A stretch of DNA of 64,000 nucleotides from Octopus vulgaris (taxonomy: Eukaryota). Where the stretch lies: positions 3,162,001-3,226,000 of the forward strand of contig OX597823.1 in assembly GCA_951406725.2 (NCBI GenBank), read 5' to 3'. The notes under the pieces are model-generated. The model worked only from the letters and a program-made list of their open reading frames with translations, ran no database searches and was not told the DNA's origin. Both the position numbers and the translations under genes were made by a program. The first letter of the stretch is position 1; every line of letters starts with the position of its first letter. Positions 40,491 through 53,293 of the stretch are shown here, one piece after another.

Positions 40491-42553
40491 ATTAAGGGCA
40501 ATTAAGGGTATGAAACCAGGTAAAGCCCTCGGCCCATCAGGTATCACTGCTGAGATGCTTAAAACAGCTGGTTATGTGGGCTATGGCCTAGTCACCCGTA
40601 TTGTAAACCAGGTAGTTCATAATGGAGTCATACCCAATGACTGGCGTAGCAGCACCATAGTCAACTGCTACAAGGGTAAGGGTGATGCTCTAGATAGAAA
40701 TAACTACAGGGGTATTAAACTGCTAGATCAGGTGATGAAGGTCACAGAGAGGGTCATAACCCATCTCATTAGGGAGAGAATTTGCTTAGATGAGATGCAG
40801 TTCGGTTTTGTGCCAGGTAGAAGCACCACTGATGCTATATTCCTGGTCCGACAACTGCAGGAGAAGTACCTAGCTAAAGATAAACCCCTCTACATAGCTT
40901 TTGTGGACTTGGAGAAAGCCTTTGACAGGGTTCCCCGATCCCTTATCTGGTGGTCGATGCGGAAACTGGAGATTGACGAATGGCTAATAAGGGCTGTACA
41001 GGCTCTATACAGAGAGGCTGTCAGCAAGGTTAGGATTGGCAACGAATATAGTGAAGAATTCCGGGTAGAAGTAGGTGTACACCAAGGCTCAGCCCTCAGT
41101 CCCCTTTTATTCATCATAGTCCTCCAGGCAATAACAGAGGAATTCAAAACAGGTTGCCCCTGGGAGCTCCTCTATGCTGATGACCTGGCTCTCATAGCAG
41201 AATCACTACCGGAACTAGAAAAGAAATTTCGGGTGTGGAAACAAAGGTTAGAATCAAAGGGCCTTAGAGTAAATGTAGCGAAGACCAAAGTTATAGTAAG
41301 CAGAAAGGCAAACTCATCACACACCTCATCGGGCAGGTGGCCCTGCTCGAGCTGTAGGAAAGGGGTAGGTAGAAACTCCATAAGATGCACCCAATGTAAG
41401 CTATGGACGCACAAGAGGTGCAGCAACATCAAAGGGAAATTAACTGATAAGATAGCTTTCATGTGCTGCAGATGCACAGGGACAATAGACACCACAAATA
41501 CTCAGAAAACAGATTCCATCACACTCCAGGGGGAGAAACTAGAAGTAGTTGATAGTTTCCACTGCCTGGGTGACCAAGTTAGTAGTGGAGGTGGATGCTC
41601 AGAGAGTGTCACCACTAGAATACGAATAGCCTGGGCAAAGTTTAGAAAGCTCCTACCCCTACTGGCGACAAAGGGTCTCTCACTCAGAGTGAAAGGTAGA
41701 TTGTATGATCCATGTGTGCGAACTGCCATGCTTCACGGCAGTGAAACATGGGCCATGACTGCAGAGGACATGCGTAGACTTGAAAGAAATGAAGCTAGCA
41801 TGATCTGCTGGATGTGTAATGTCAGTGTGAATGCACGACAGAGTGTAAGCACCCTGAGAGAAATGCTAGACATAAGAAGCATCAGATGCGTATGGTCATG
41901 TACTGCGGATGGATGAGGAGAGATGTGTGAAGAAGTGCCGTTCTCAAACAGTTGAAGGAATCAGGGGGAGAGGTAGACCCAGGAAGACATGGGATGAGGT
42001 AGTCAAGCATGACCTCAGAGCGTTGGGCCTCACTGAGGTAATGGCGAAGGACCGAGATCTCTGGAGATGTGCTGTGACTACAAAGACCCGGGATGCTTCC
42101 GGCACCAGTCCGCATAGCCCCTGCCCATTCAAAGTACCTTGGATCCCGGAACGTCTCGCTGTGCTTGAGGAGACCTGTTGAGTCAAATGCATGTACACGA
42201 ACACGAAACAAATATCAATGGAAATAGTAGTTGTGATACCTGTGCCGGTGGCACATAAAAAGCACCATCCGAACGTGGCCGATGCCAGTGCCGCCTTGGC
42301 TGGCTTCCGTGCCAGTGGCATGTTAGAAGCACCAACTGATCGTGGCCGATGCCAGACCCCCCTGGCACCTGTGCAGGTAGCACGTAAAAAGCACCCACTA
42401 CACTCGCGGAGTGGTTGGCGTTAGGGAGGGCATCCAGCTGTAGAAACACTGCCAGATCAGACTGGAGCCTGGTGCAGCCCCTGGCTTCCCAGACCCTGGT
42501 CGAACCGTCCAACCCATGCTAGCATGGAAAACGGACGTTAAATGATGATGATG
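40491..42553 (+). mobile_element. 5'-truncated RTE LINE: RT with embedded PHD finger, 3' UTR, (GAT)n tail
   Basis: ORF 40510-41916: NYRGIKLL, QFGF, VDLEKAFDRV, GVHQGSALSP, LLYADD, then a C4HC3 finger at 41344-41475. A small deletion near 41890 shifts the frame; RGRPRKTW follows. Confidence 0.95.
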
Positions 42554-42570
42554 ATATATATATATATATG

Positions 42571-43662
42571 TAACGACACACCGGTCTCACGCCATTTCCG
42601 CTCCACCGGTCACTCCTTGCAACACCTGTCTGTGTTCGGTTTGTCCTTGCACAGAGGCCATCCGGATTCCTGTTTGCGCCATGAACAGGAATTGATCTTC
42701 TCTCTTCGCTCTTTTACGCCATTTGGTCTCAACTCTCCCCCCTCCTCATCTAACCCCCCTCTCCCTCTTCCTCATCTATCCTTCCCCCGACCCCTACTTC
42801 TCTTCAGTCCTTCATCCTTTCACCCCTACTCCCTTTCCCTCCTCTTCCCTTCTTCCCTCTTCCCCTTCCCTCTTTCTCTCTGCTTCCTTCTCCCCCTTCC
42901 CCCTCTTCCTGCCTCCTCTTCTCCTCTTATCTTCTCCTCCCTCATCTCATCTCCCCCTCCACCCTCATCTCACCCTCACCACCCTCCTTCTTTCCTTCTC
43001 CCCCTCTCTTTCCCCTCCTTCTTTCCTTCTCCCCCTCTCTTCCCCCTCCTTCTTTCCTTCTTCCCCTCCTTCTTTCCTTCTCCCCCTCTCTTCCCCTCCT
43101 TCTTTCCTTCTCCCCCCCTTACTCTCACCTTTCCCCTTCTCCCTCCTCTTCTCCTCTTTCTTCCCCCCCCCTCTTCCTCTCTCCCACTCTCCCCCTCATC
43201 TCTCTTCTCCTCTCTCTCCCCATTATCTCCTCCCCCTCCTCCCCTCTTCCCCTCATCTCTCTCTACACTACACCATACGACTTTACACATCACATCATAT
43301 ATACATACACACGTCCAGACCTCTCATACGCACTACATACTCTCTCATACACACACACACTCTTATGTTGGGGCGAGGTCATTTAACCCTGTTATCTCCC
43401 CTAATTTCGCTCTTGCGTCTCACGTTTGATCTTTGACTTCTGGCCAAAATCAGATCGCCATGTTGATTCGCTAGCCTCTGCACGCATTTTTTTTTCTCTC
43501 TTTCTTTCTGTGTTTCTTCTCTGTGTATCTTTCTGTTGAAGAGCGTAGGCTCGAAACGTAAAAGACTTGTTTTATTTATATTCCTGAGCACCATACTAAT
43601 ACAATTGTTTGTTTGTATTCCACCTGCCTTCGTCTTTTGTTTATTTTCATAAAGCTTCCCGT

Positions 43663-43663
<1 letters not shown>
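42571..43663 (+). mobile_element. Penelope-like element 3' part: GIY-YIG C-terminus, pyrimidine tract and pseudo-LTR
   Basis: NDTPVSRHFRSTGHSLQHLSVFGL...RHEQELIFSLRSFTPFGLN matches the PVxxHF..H...E..I..L....P.GLN end of PLE GIY-YIG nucleases. C/T tract at about 42735-43263; hammerhead-like motif at 43528-43565; (TA)n on both sides. Confidence 0.8.
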
Positions 43664-43703
<40 letters not shown>

Positions 43704-43789
43704 GTATATATATTTATATATATATGTATATATATTTATATATATATGTATATATATATATATTTATATATATATATATAAAAGTATGG

Positions 43790-44250
43790 AGTGGAGTGAA
43801 AGTGTTTCAAGAGGCCAGGTGAACGCATGCAAGACTTGAGAGATTTAAAGAAGAATGTTCCAATCAGGAAGGCAAATCACAATGACCTTTTTGTTCTGCA
43901 CAGTTTGTGACAGACCATGCCTTTCTTTTGCTGGGCCCAAATCTCATTTGCGGACCCATGAGAAACAAACCTCCACCAGCTATTCTGCCTTTATGTCTGT
44001 GCACACCTTTTAATGCCGTGTATACCATAAAGTCTGCAAATCTAACTGAGGCCTTAAAAGACATTTTAAGATCCGCAAAGATTAGAACCTAACTGCAGAT
44101 CTTGGTGGTCCAAATCGGATGCGCAATCTGTGTGGCTGTCTTTTCAAAACATTGTCTGGCTTAAAAGGCAACATCAGATACCATGATGGATCTAAGGTGT
44201 CCATACAGAAGGTGGCCAGACTCTGCATAATGAGCAGAGAACCATCATGT
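43790..44250 (+). pseudogene. Degenerate LINE C-terminus with three C2H2-like fingers
   Basis: Fragments CDRPCLSFAGPKSHLRTH, HKVCKSN*GLKRHFKI and NLCGCLFKTLSGLKGNIRYH across broken frames. Confidence 0.5.
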
Positions 44251-44514
44251 ATATGTGTGAAGGCACAAACAGTAATGGTTATGGTGCTGCACTTATGATT
44301 ACTAGATGGTGGGTTCAGTTCTTAAGCAAAACCCTTCATTTCACAGTGCCCCCAGTTCTTCACTCTGCGTCAGAGTAGGCTTCCACCTGGTCAATGGGGT
44401 GGCATCGTTTGAAGGTGAAAACAATGTAAAGTGCATTGTGATCAATGATGTAGAACAACATTCGATAGTCTGCTCAATACCATGATAAATCTTTTGTGTG
44501 TGTGTGTGTATATA

Positions 44515-44711
44515 TACTTTTATTTGTTTCAGTCATTTGACGATGGCCATGCTGGAGCTCTGCCTTTTAGTCGAGCAAATCGACCCCAGGATTTATTCTT
44601 TGTAAGCCTAGTACTTATTCTAATGGTCTCTATTGCTGAACTGCTAAGTGACCGGGACGTAAACACACCATTGTCAAGCAATGTTGGGGGGACAAACACA
44701 GACACACAAAC

Positions 44712-44777
<66 letters not shown>

Positions 44778-45310
44778 TCATCATCGTTTAGTGTCCGCTT
44801 TCCATGCTAGCATGGGTTGGACGGTTCAACTGGGGTTTGGGAAGCCAGAAGGCTGCACCAGGCCCAGTCTGATCTGGCAATGTTTCTACGGCTGGATGCC
44901 CTTCCTAACGCCAACCACTCCGTGAGTGTAGTGGGTGCTTTCTACGTCCCACCGGCATAGGTGCCAGACGAGGCTGGCACACAGCCACGATCGGATGGTG
45001 CTTTTTACGTGCCACCAGCACAGAGGCCAGTCAGGGCGGTGCTGGCAACGGCCACATTCGGATGGTACTCTTACGTGCCAACGGCACTGGTATCACAGCT
45101 ACAATTTCCATTGATGTTGATCGATTTCGATACATACACACACACACAACAGGCTTCTTTCAGTTTCCGTCTACCAAATCCACTCACAAGGCTTTGGTCG
45201 GCCCGAGGCTATAGTAGAAGACACTTGCCCAAGGTACCACACAGTGAGACTGAACTCGGAACCATGTGGTTAGAAAGCAAGCTTCTTACCACACAGTCAC
45301 ACCTGCACCT
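44515..45310 (-). mobile_element. Family A SINE with an RTE 3' fragment (about 44775-45130) nested in its internal microsatellite
   Basis: SINE tail at 44515-44710, (TA)n, RTE tail/UTR, then SINE head at 45150-45310. Confidence 0.85.
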
Positions 45311-45669
45311 ATATACATATATATCATCATCATCATCATCATTCGAAAGTTCCTAAGGGTTGCACTTTTGGGGTCAGTTGTTTACAGTAGATGTTTTGAT
45401 GTTAGAAGAGATGAAAGAGGAGGAAAGATGTGGGAAATGTTTGGCAGATCCGAGAGGAGAACCTGACCCTTTGTGGTAGTCAGGGAAGAGATAGGAAGAG
45501 GGTAAGAGATGTTGGTGGAGGGGAGAGTGAAGCTTTGTCAATCAGTTGGATGAGCTTTTATGAGATGGAGGAGGTGAGAATGAGTTTGTGTGGCAGCTGC
45601 TCTTCTCACAGATATTAGGGATTCCTTACAAAGATGTACACCAGTTTCCATTTTAATTAGTATTTTTTT

Positions 45670-46020
45670 ATATTTTACTTGTTTCAGTCGTTAGACTGTG
45701 GCCATGCTGGGGCACTGCCTTGAAGAAATTTTAGTCAAACGGGTCAACCTCAAAACCTATTTTCTTTAAGAAAAGAAAAAAATGCTGTTGGTATCTTTTG
45801 TTGAACTGCTAAGTTACAGGGATGTAAATGAACCAACACCAGTTGTTTAGTGGTAGTGGTGGACGAACATAGACACACACACGAGCTTCTTTCAGTTTCT
45901 GTTTATCAAATCCACTCACAAGACTTAGGTTGGCCTGAGGCTATAGTAATAAGGTGCCATGTAGTAGGACTGAACCTGGGACCATGTGGTTGGGAAGCAA
46001 ACTTCTTACCACACAGCCTA
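45670..46020 (-). mobile_element. tRNA-SINE family A
   Basis: TTTTACTTGTTTCAGTC...GCCATGCTGGGGCAC through GGAAGCAAACTTCTTACCACACAGCC. Confidence 0.8.
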
Positions 46021-47499
46021 TCATAATTTATTATTTGTCTAGCTTATTAGATATCATTTCTATTAGACACTATTTGTCTTTTGGAATTAAATTACTTTTA
46101 CAGATCCTGTAGCTGAGATTTCACACTCAAAGTACTTCTCTATTTTGTTTTTTTGCTCTCATATTTTAGTTGTTGTTGTTTAATTTGATCCAGTGGAGTA
46201 TTCACTGAATATATCAATACTCAGACATTCATGTTGTGACAATTTCATCCTATTTCAGGCATAGTGTAAATAGGATTACACTGTCCTGTGTGTCCTTCCT
46301 TGTTCTTCATTCCTTGGTCATTCCTGTAAACTTGCAGGAAGTAATTTATGAGAGATTTGGCTGCTGTTTTTATAAGGTTGGGTATCCATGGTAAGGCTTC
46401 TTTGGTGGGTTGTCTCAATCATAGTCGTTCTGAGATAGCAAACCAAGGTTATGACTAAAACATTACAAATGTGACCATTTCATCCTTTTTTGTATTTAAG
46501 TCATTGTCAGTATGTGTTGTTGTTGTTTTTTTTGAGATGATTTGAGGAATTTAACTACTATTGTTAGCAAATTGTGCTACCATGTAGAGACTCTATCATT
46601 AGCATATCTTGATTGTTGTTGGTTAGTTCCTGGTCAGTTTTGATTTAGAAAACCCTTGATGAAAGGCTTTCCAGCCATGACCATACTGTCTATATATGAA
46701 TGACTTCATTGTACAGTGAATGATAAAATTATTTTAGATGATAGAAGGCAATATGATGGAAATTTGGTTGCTATATTTAGCAGGTCAAGTGTCTTTCCCT
46801 TGTCTATTTGTTATGTGCTAGGTACACTACGGTGTGAGTGTCTCTGTGTTTATTTTGGGCAAGTTATTCATCTCTCTCACATCTATAAAAATATGTACCA
46901 GTCATTTGTCGGGGATTGATCCAGTCAAACTTTAGCTATCCTCTACTTTTGGCCTTATGACAAAATATATGTACATACACACACAATCCACACATATATT
47001 TCATCATCATCATATATCCATTTTCCCTGCTGGCATGGGTTGGACAGTTGACAGGAATAGGCAAGTCAGATGACTACACCAAGCTCTGCTGTTTGTTTTG
47101 GCATTGTTTCTACAGCTGGATGCCCTTCCTAATGCCAACCACTTTACAGAGTGTACTGGGCACCAGGTAACATGCAAGACAAGACCTCTCGACTGGCAGT
47201 GGTGGGGTAGTATTGAGAGACAGAAAAGGTGTCTTGCATTAGAAGAGAGACATGGCTGCCTCAGCTGGTGAAGATGTGACAGAAAGGGGTGGGGGAATGC
47301 ACTGAAGTGATATATATAGTGGAGTAGACAAGGGATTGGAGAGGGTGGGTAGGTGGGTGAGTTGACAAGATTTCAAAAGGAAATAGGAATTAGAAGTTGG
47401 GGGAAGGGATTTAACACCGGCATATTGTATGAAAGGTGGACACATGAGGGAGAATGGAGGAGTAGTGAGGATGGTTGGGTTGTGAGGGGGTCATGGACA

Positions 47500-48130
47500 T
47501 GGATTTTACTTTGCTGGGTGGGTCTTCCCAAGCACAGTATAGTGCCAATTGTCTCGGCCCTTTGTCATCTCCACTATGAAGCTCAACTTCTGAACATCAT
47601 TTCTTACCGCTTCACCCCATGTCTTCTTGGATTTTCCTCTTCCTCTGGTTCCTGCCACTTTTAGAGACTGTTACTTCTTCATGCTGCTGTCCTCATCCAT
47701 ACGCATCACATGACTATACCAGCACAGGCTTCTCTCATGCACACCACATCCGATGCCGCTTATGCCCAATTCCTCTCTCAAAACATTTACACTTTGTTGT
47801 TCTTACATACTAACATTGCACATCCAGCAGAGCATGCTGGCTTCATTTCTTTCAAGCCTTCACATGTCAAAGCCTCTACAGTCACAGCCCATGTTTCGCT
47901 GCCATGTAGCATAGCTCTCCATGTACAGGCATCATACAATCTGCCTTTCACTCTGAGGGAGAGGCCCTTTGTGACTAACAAAGGTAACAGCTCTCTGAAC
48001 TTTGCCCAGCTGCTTCTTATTCTAACAACTACACTTTCAGACCAATCTCTACTATTAATTCGATCACCTAGGTAACAAAAACTTATCTACTATTTCTAAG
48101 AATTCCCCCATAGTGTCAATTGTACCTGCA
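47500..48130 (-). pseudogene. Degenerate RTE ORF fragment
   Basis: LVTKGLSLRVKGRLYDAC..AMLHGSETWAVT, same family as 40491-42553. Confidence 0.85.
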
Positions 48131-49160
48131 CATTTACTATACACAAAACTACCATATATGCAAAAACATACACATCATCATATATACACACACACATTTA
48201 CTCAAACTTATGTATCAAAGTTTATCGTGATTTATCTATTGGTCGTGATTACTGGGATCCTATTTTTAACGACTACTGCTGCTGCTGCTAATGATGATAA
48301 TAGTAATTGTTTCTTTATTGACCACAAGGGCCAAAATAATAACAATAATAATAATCCTTTCTATTATTGGCACAAGGCCTGAAATTTTGGGGGAGGATAT
48401 AAGTTGATCGCATCAACCCCAGTGTTCAAGTGGTACTTATTTCATCAACTTGGAAAGGATGAAAAGCAAAGTCAGTCTTCAGAATTTGAATTCAGAATGT
48501 AAAGATGGCTGAAATACCATTAACCATTCTGTCAGCTCACTGCCATAATAATAATAATAATAATGATCCCTAATTTTGGCACAGAGGAAGAAATTTTGAG
48601 GAGATGGCGTTAGTTGATTATATTGACCCCAGTATTTAACTGATGCTTCTATCAACTCTGGAGGGATAAAAGATAGATTTGAACTCAGAATTTAAAAAGC
48701 TGGAACATATATCACAAAGCAAATTCTCTAGTTCTCTACCAATTCTACCAACTCCCTACTTTGAATAGTTTCTGAATTAGATACATGATCAGCTATTTTT
48801 GAAGGGAGGGTGTTAGTTGCATTGGCTATGGCTTTATTTTATCAACCCTCAAAAGATGAAAAGCAATGTTGACCGTAGCAGGATTTGATCTTAGATCATA
48901 AAGCAGCTGAGCAAATGTCACAAGGCATTTTTTTTTTTTTTTTTTTGCAATGCCCTAATGATTGAGGGCTTGAAAGTCAGGAGAAGGGATCTTGTTGATT
49001 AAACTGACTTCAGTACTTGACCGGCCCTTTTTATTTTATCTTGCCAAGTGATGAAAATCTAAGTTGACATTGGTGGAATTTGAACTCAGAACAATTACCA
49101 TAAGGTATTTTATTTGATTCTCTAACATTCTTGTCACATAATAATCATAATAATAATAAT

Positions 49161-49357
49161 AACAAAAACACCAGGACTTACAAACACATATAACATGCAG
49201 AAAATTGCACTACTAGGCACTGCACACATCCTACGAAGAACACTTTCCATACAATAACCATCAGAGCATCACAACAAATCACAGCACATACCCAAGGCAC
49301 ACAGAGCTGCGCTCGGTAGTGAAGTGAAAGCACGCTATAAAAATAAAAATAAAACTA

Positions 49358-49360
<3 letters not shown>
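49161..49360 (+). mobile_element. R4/Dong-clade (restriction-like endonuclease) LINE 3' end inside a (TAA)n tract
   Basis: 49165-49257 reads KTPGLTNTYNMQKIALLGTAHILRRTLSIQ*, the typical R4/Dong C-terminus (QK..LLGTA.ILR); (AAT)n on both sides. Confidence 0.75.
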
Positions 49361-49391
<31 letters not shown>

Positions 49392-51264
49392 CTTTCTACT
49401 ATAGGCACAAGGCCTGAAATTTGTGGTGGGGTGACTGTAAGTCAATTGCATCGACCCCAGTGTGCAACTGGTACTTATTTTATTCACCCTTATTTATTTT
49501 ATTGAAAGTACGAAAGGCACAGTCGACCCTGGTGGAGTTTGAATTCAGGATGTAAAGATGGACAAAATGCTGCTGTGCGTTTTGCCTGGCAATGCTAATA
49601 ATGATTCTGCCATCTTGCTGCTGTCTTGTAGCAATATTGTGTAACCATTAATGTTAGTTGATTGAGAACCATGATTCCCTGTTTGAGGCTCTGTTTTATC
49701 ACACATTCCATTTGGAAACTCTCATCTTTAATTGATTTCAAGTCATTCTTTGGATACATTCCATTAAATTCTTGTTGATCTTCTTCATGAGAATCTTTTA
49801 AAATTTACACTCCCTTATCATTTATAAAAAAGAAAAAGCATTGTTTTTGTATTGATGCTGTAAACAATTGACTGAGAATGTTCATCATTGTCATCATAAT
49901 CATCATCGTTATCATCAGTGTTGTATGCTAGCATAGGTTGGACAGTTTGGCAGGGTCCAGTGGCTTCAAGAACTGTATTGTGTTCCTGTGTCTACTTTGG
50001 TGTGGTTTCTATGGCTGGATGGTGTTGCAGAGTGCACAGGGTACACTTTTGTGTGCCACCAGCTCTCTCAAGAGTACGTAACCATAGGAGTAAGGGTGGT
50101 GGGCGATTGGAGTTTAGGGACAGCTTTATGCTAGTACACGAGGGATTAAAGTATGAGTAGGTATGGGTTGGGGGAGCTACATGGCTACTAACTTTTAGAA
50201 AAGAGGATGAGAATGTTCTGCAGTAGCTGCAAAAAAATAGTTGAAAAATTGGAAAAAATACTCAAAAAGAATATCTAAAACAGTGCTTGTATGAGAACCA
50301 ACATTTGTAAACAACCTAATTCTGCACTGACGGCCTATCTTTACTCAGATTGGCTGATCTATTTTTGGTTTGACTGCATTTGAAGAGGTTGGGGGGATTG
50401 GGATCACACATTCTTGCTTTATCATGAATTTGGCTGAATGTCAAGTCTGAAATTGCCAGTAAGCCTGGAATACAGCCTGAGCAGGTTATGGTTGTTTCTC
50501 CCCATGGCCAGACATGTTTTCATGGAATATTGGAAATGAATGACACCACTTCAGTAACAATGAAACTTGTTTACAGCCATCATGTAATGTCAAGACAAAG
50601 AGATATAAACACACTCAAGGTTTTGGTTGGCTATAGCTGGGGCTATAGTCAAAGACACCAGCCCAAGGTACTTTGCAGTGAGACTGAACCCCCGTATCAT
50701 GTGGTTTGAAAGTGAACATCTTAACCACACAGCCATGTCTGCATCTATATATACATCTTCATGCACACATATACACCAGTGCTAACATGCTATCTTAAAG
50801 ATAGCATTTGAGCAGTGACGTGGATTTTGTCATGCAGAGACTATTATGTAGTGTATATTTTTACATTGGAGTAAGGGAGCAAATAGTGAAATACATAAAG
50901 CCAAGTGAATATATGACAAAGAAAGTTTTGTAAGTTACTGACTGAGAATATTTCTCTTTGGTTAGAACACTTATGGTTGTTGCTTACCTCTAGGTCAGCC
51001 ATGATCAAGCAGACTTAGGATGAATGTCCTCAAACTATGACCGTCTTTTTGTATATGATGGGCTGCATTCTCTAATTATGGACTATATTCCTTTTTGAAA
51101 GCATATATATATATAATAATAATAATAATAATTTTCATTTAATGTCTGTTTCCCATGTTGGCATGGGTTGGATGGTTTGACAGGAGCTGGCCAAACTGGA
51201 GTGCTACACTAGGCTCCATTTGTCTGTTTTGGCATGGTTTCTACAGCTTGATGCACCCCAAGCA

Positions 51265-53225
51265 GGTCTCTGGTTTGTTTGAAGAGCTCTAGGCCCTTGG
51301 AATCTAAGTTATTGTAGTATCTGGTCCTGTGTCTTGTTGGTGATGTTGGGATCTTTGGCACTAGGCAGTGGTGCCCCATTTTACTGTATGTGTAACTTTC
51401 AGCACCAAAATTTGAATCAAGTCCTTCCTGGATTTTCCAGATGTATATCACTGCATAGCTTTCCTGCCTTCATTCTGGGGCATAGAGTCTTAACATTTTC
51501 AGTCTTACCCAGTAGCCAACATGTTGCGTTGAGATGATTTTCCTTGCGTAGCTTCACTGGATTGCTTTGAGTTCTGCCTCTGTGACCATAGCTGGGAGCA
51601 GTAGTCTAAGCAACTGGGGGCATATGTCCTCCAGAGGACCATCATGGTTTCTTTTGTTCTGAAAGTTGTAAGGATCTATCCAGCCAGCTGCCTGCATTTT
51701 ATTGCCAACTTAGTAATATGGAAAGATGCATTATTGCTTATGTCAATGTATCATTACTCATATCAATGCTCAGGTTGCACACTAATTTTGATTCAGAGAC
51801 TGCAATCTCTCCTGGGCCAGTGAATCCTGTCTGCATTTCATTCAGCTTTATATGCTATTAGAGCAGGGCCTAGCATTTTCCAGCATTAAACTGCTTCATA
51901 TTGACCTCAGCCCACCTGTATATTGTATCCAACGCCTGTTGCAAGTGTGCAATATCACCAGGGTTCCGTATTCTCTGAGAGACTTTTGTATCATCTGCAT
52001 GGCTAGCAAGGGTGGCTATCTGAGTAGCTGAGAGCATGTCTGAGAGGGCCACTATGGATACCAGTGACCCTAAGACAGCACCTTGTGGAACACCACTCAC
52101 TATTTGTGTTTCCTTAGAGGTGGTTCCATTGGCTGCTACTGCTTGACTTCTATCTTTTAAAAATTACTGTAGCCACTCTCCAAGTTTTCTAATTATGCTG
52201 AGATCATGCAGTTTGTGATTTATCACACCATAGTCGATTTTATTAAAGGCTTTTGCAAATTTGAGATATATCACATCCATATATGAGTTGTTGAGCATTT
52301 GCTTTAACACCGAGTCATAGTGCTGCAAGACTATAGTGCTGTGTCAGGCAGCTTGTATTTGATCAGAAAACTGTGCTGGATGTCAGTCAGCAAATCATTC
52401 TCTTCAAGGAATGCAATTAATTTCCTTTGGTTTATTCATTCCAAGACTTTGCTCATTTCATCTACTCTCCTTCCTCCTTAAGGAATAGGGCATATTATTC
52501 CCTTCCTCAATTTGCCTGGGAGCTTACCACTTACAAGGAAGCTCTGAAAAAGAAGCTACAGTGGTTTTGCAAGGACTCGTTTGCATGATTCAAGAAAGAT
52601 TGCTGGGAATCCATTAGGGCCAGCAGCTTAGTTTACATCTGCCTCATCTATGGCCGGGATTACATTTTCTTTAAAGTTGATCTAATCAGTTATTATCACC
52701 TCTTTGGTGAAGTAACAAAGAAATCTGCTGCTTTCTTCACTTGCCTGTGTCCCAAGGGGGTAGTCAACACACTTTTGAACTGTTTGTTCAGTATTTCACT
52801 TACCCTCATTGGGTTTCCTGTGAGGGAGCCATCCTCTTGGAAGAGGTGCCCCCCCACTATCTTGTAGTGTACTGAGGTTGTTTCTTTGGCAAAGTTAAAG
52901 AAAGCTTTAGGGTTTGATTTAATATTTTTTCATAACTCATACCTCTTTGCTCTCACTTTTTCATGGGATTGTTGCAGATTTCTTCTCAATCTCTAGCTGT
53001 ATTTGTTTTCAGGCAGGACTTTTCACTACTTTTTAAGATGTTTGTTCAGGCAGTTTGCAATCTTTGTCATCTCATAAGAATTTTCCTCTCCCTGGGGATT
53101 TCATTCTTGTGTGTGTTAATCTTGTGCTCTGACACAGATATGTTTTTTATGGCTTGCATTTTGGATATAAGATGTTTAAGTTCTGTATCAATATCTGGTG
53201 TGAAGAGACATTTAGGCCAATCCTA
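51265..53225 (-). pseudogene. Older degenerate copy of the 34426-38159 LINE ORF2
   Basis: SGVPQGAVLGS...HADDTKVSQ and IYIWKIQEGL; colinear nucleotide similarity to about 34680-36680 with stops and indels. Confidence 0.9.
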
Positions 53226-53259
53226 ACTATATATGAAAACAAATGATGCAAACTGCATG

Positions 53260-53290
<31 letters not shown>

Positions 53291-53293
<3 letters not shown>

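Noticed and set aside
42542-43436. Pro/Ser/Leu/Phe-rich 237-295 aa ORFs
   Set aside because: Translation of the polypyrimidine tract; only the first about 55 codons after the TA run (GIY-YIG remnant) are meaningful.
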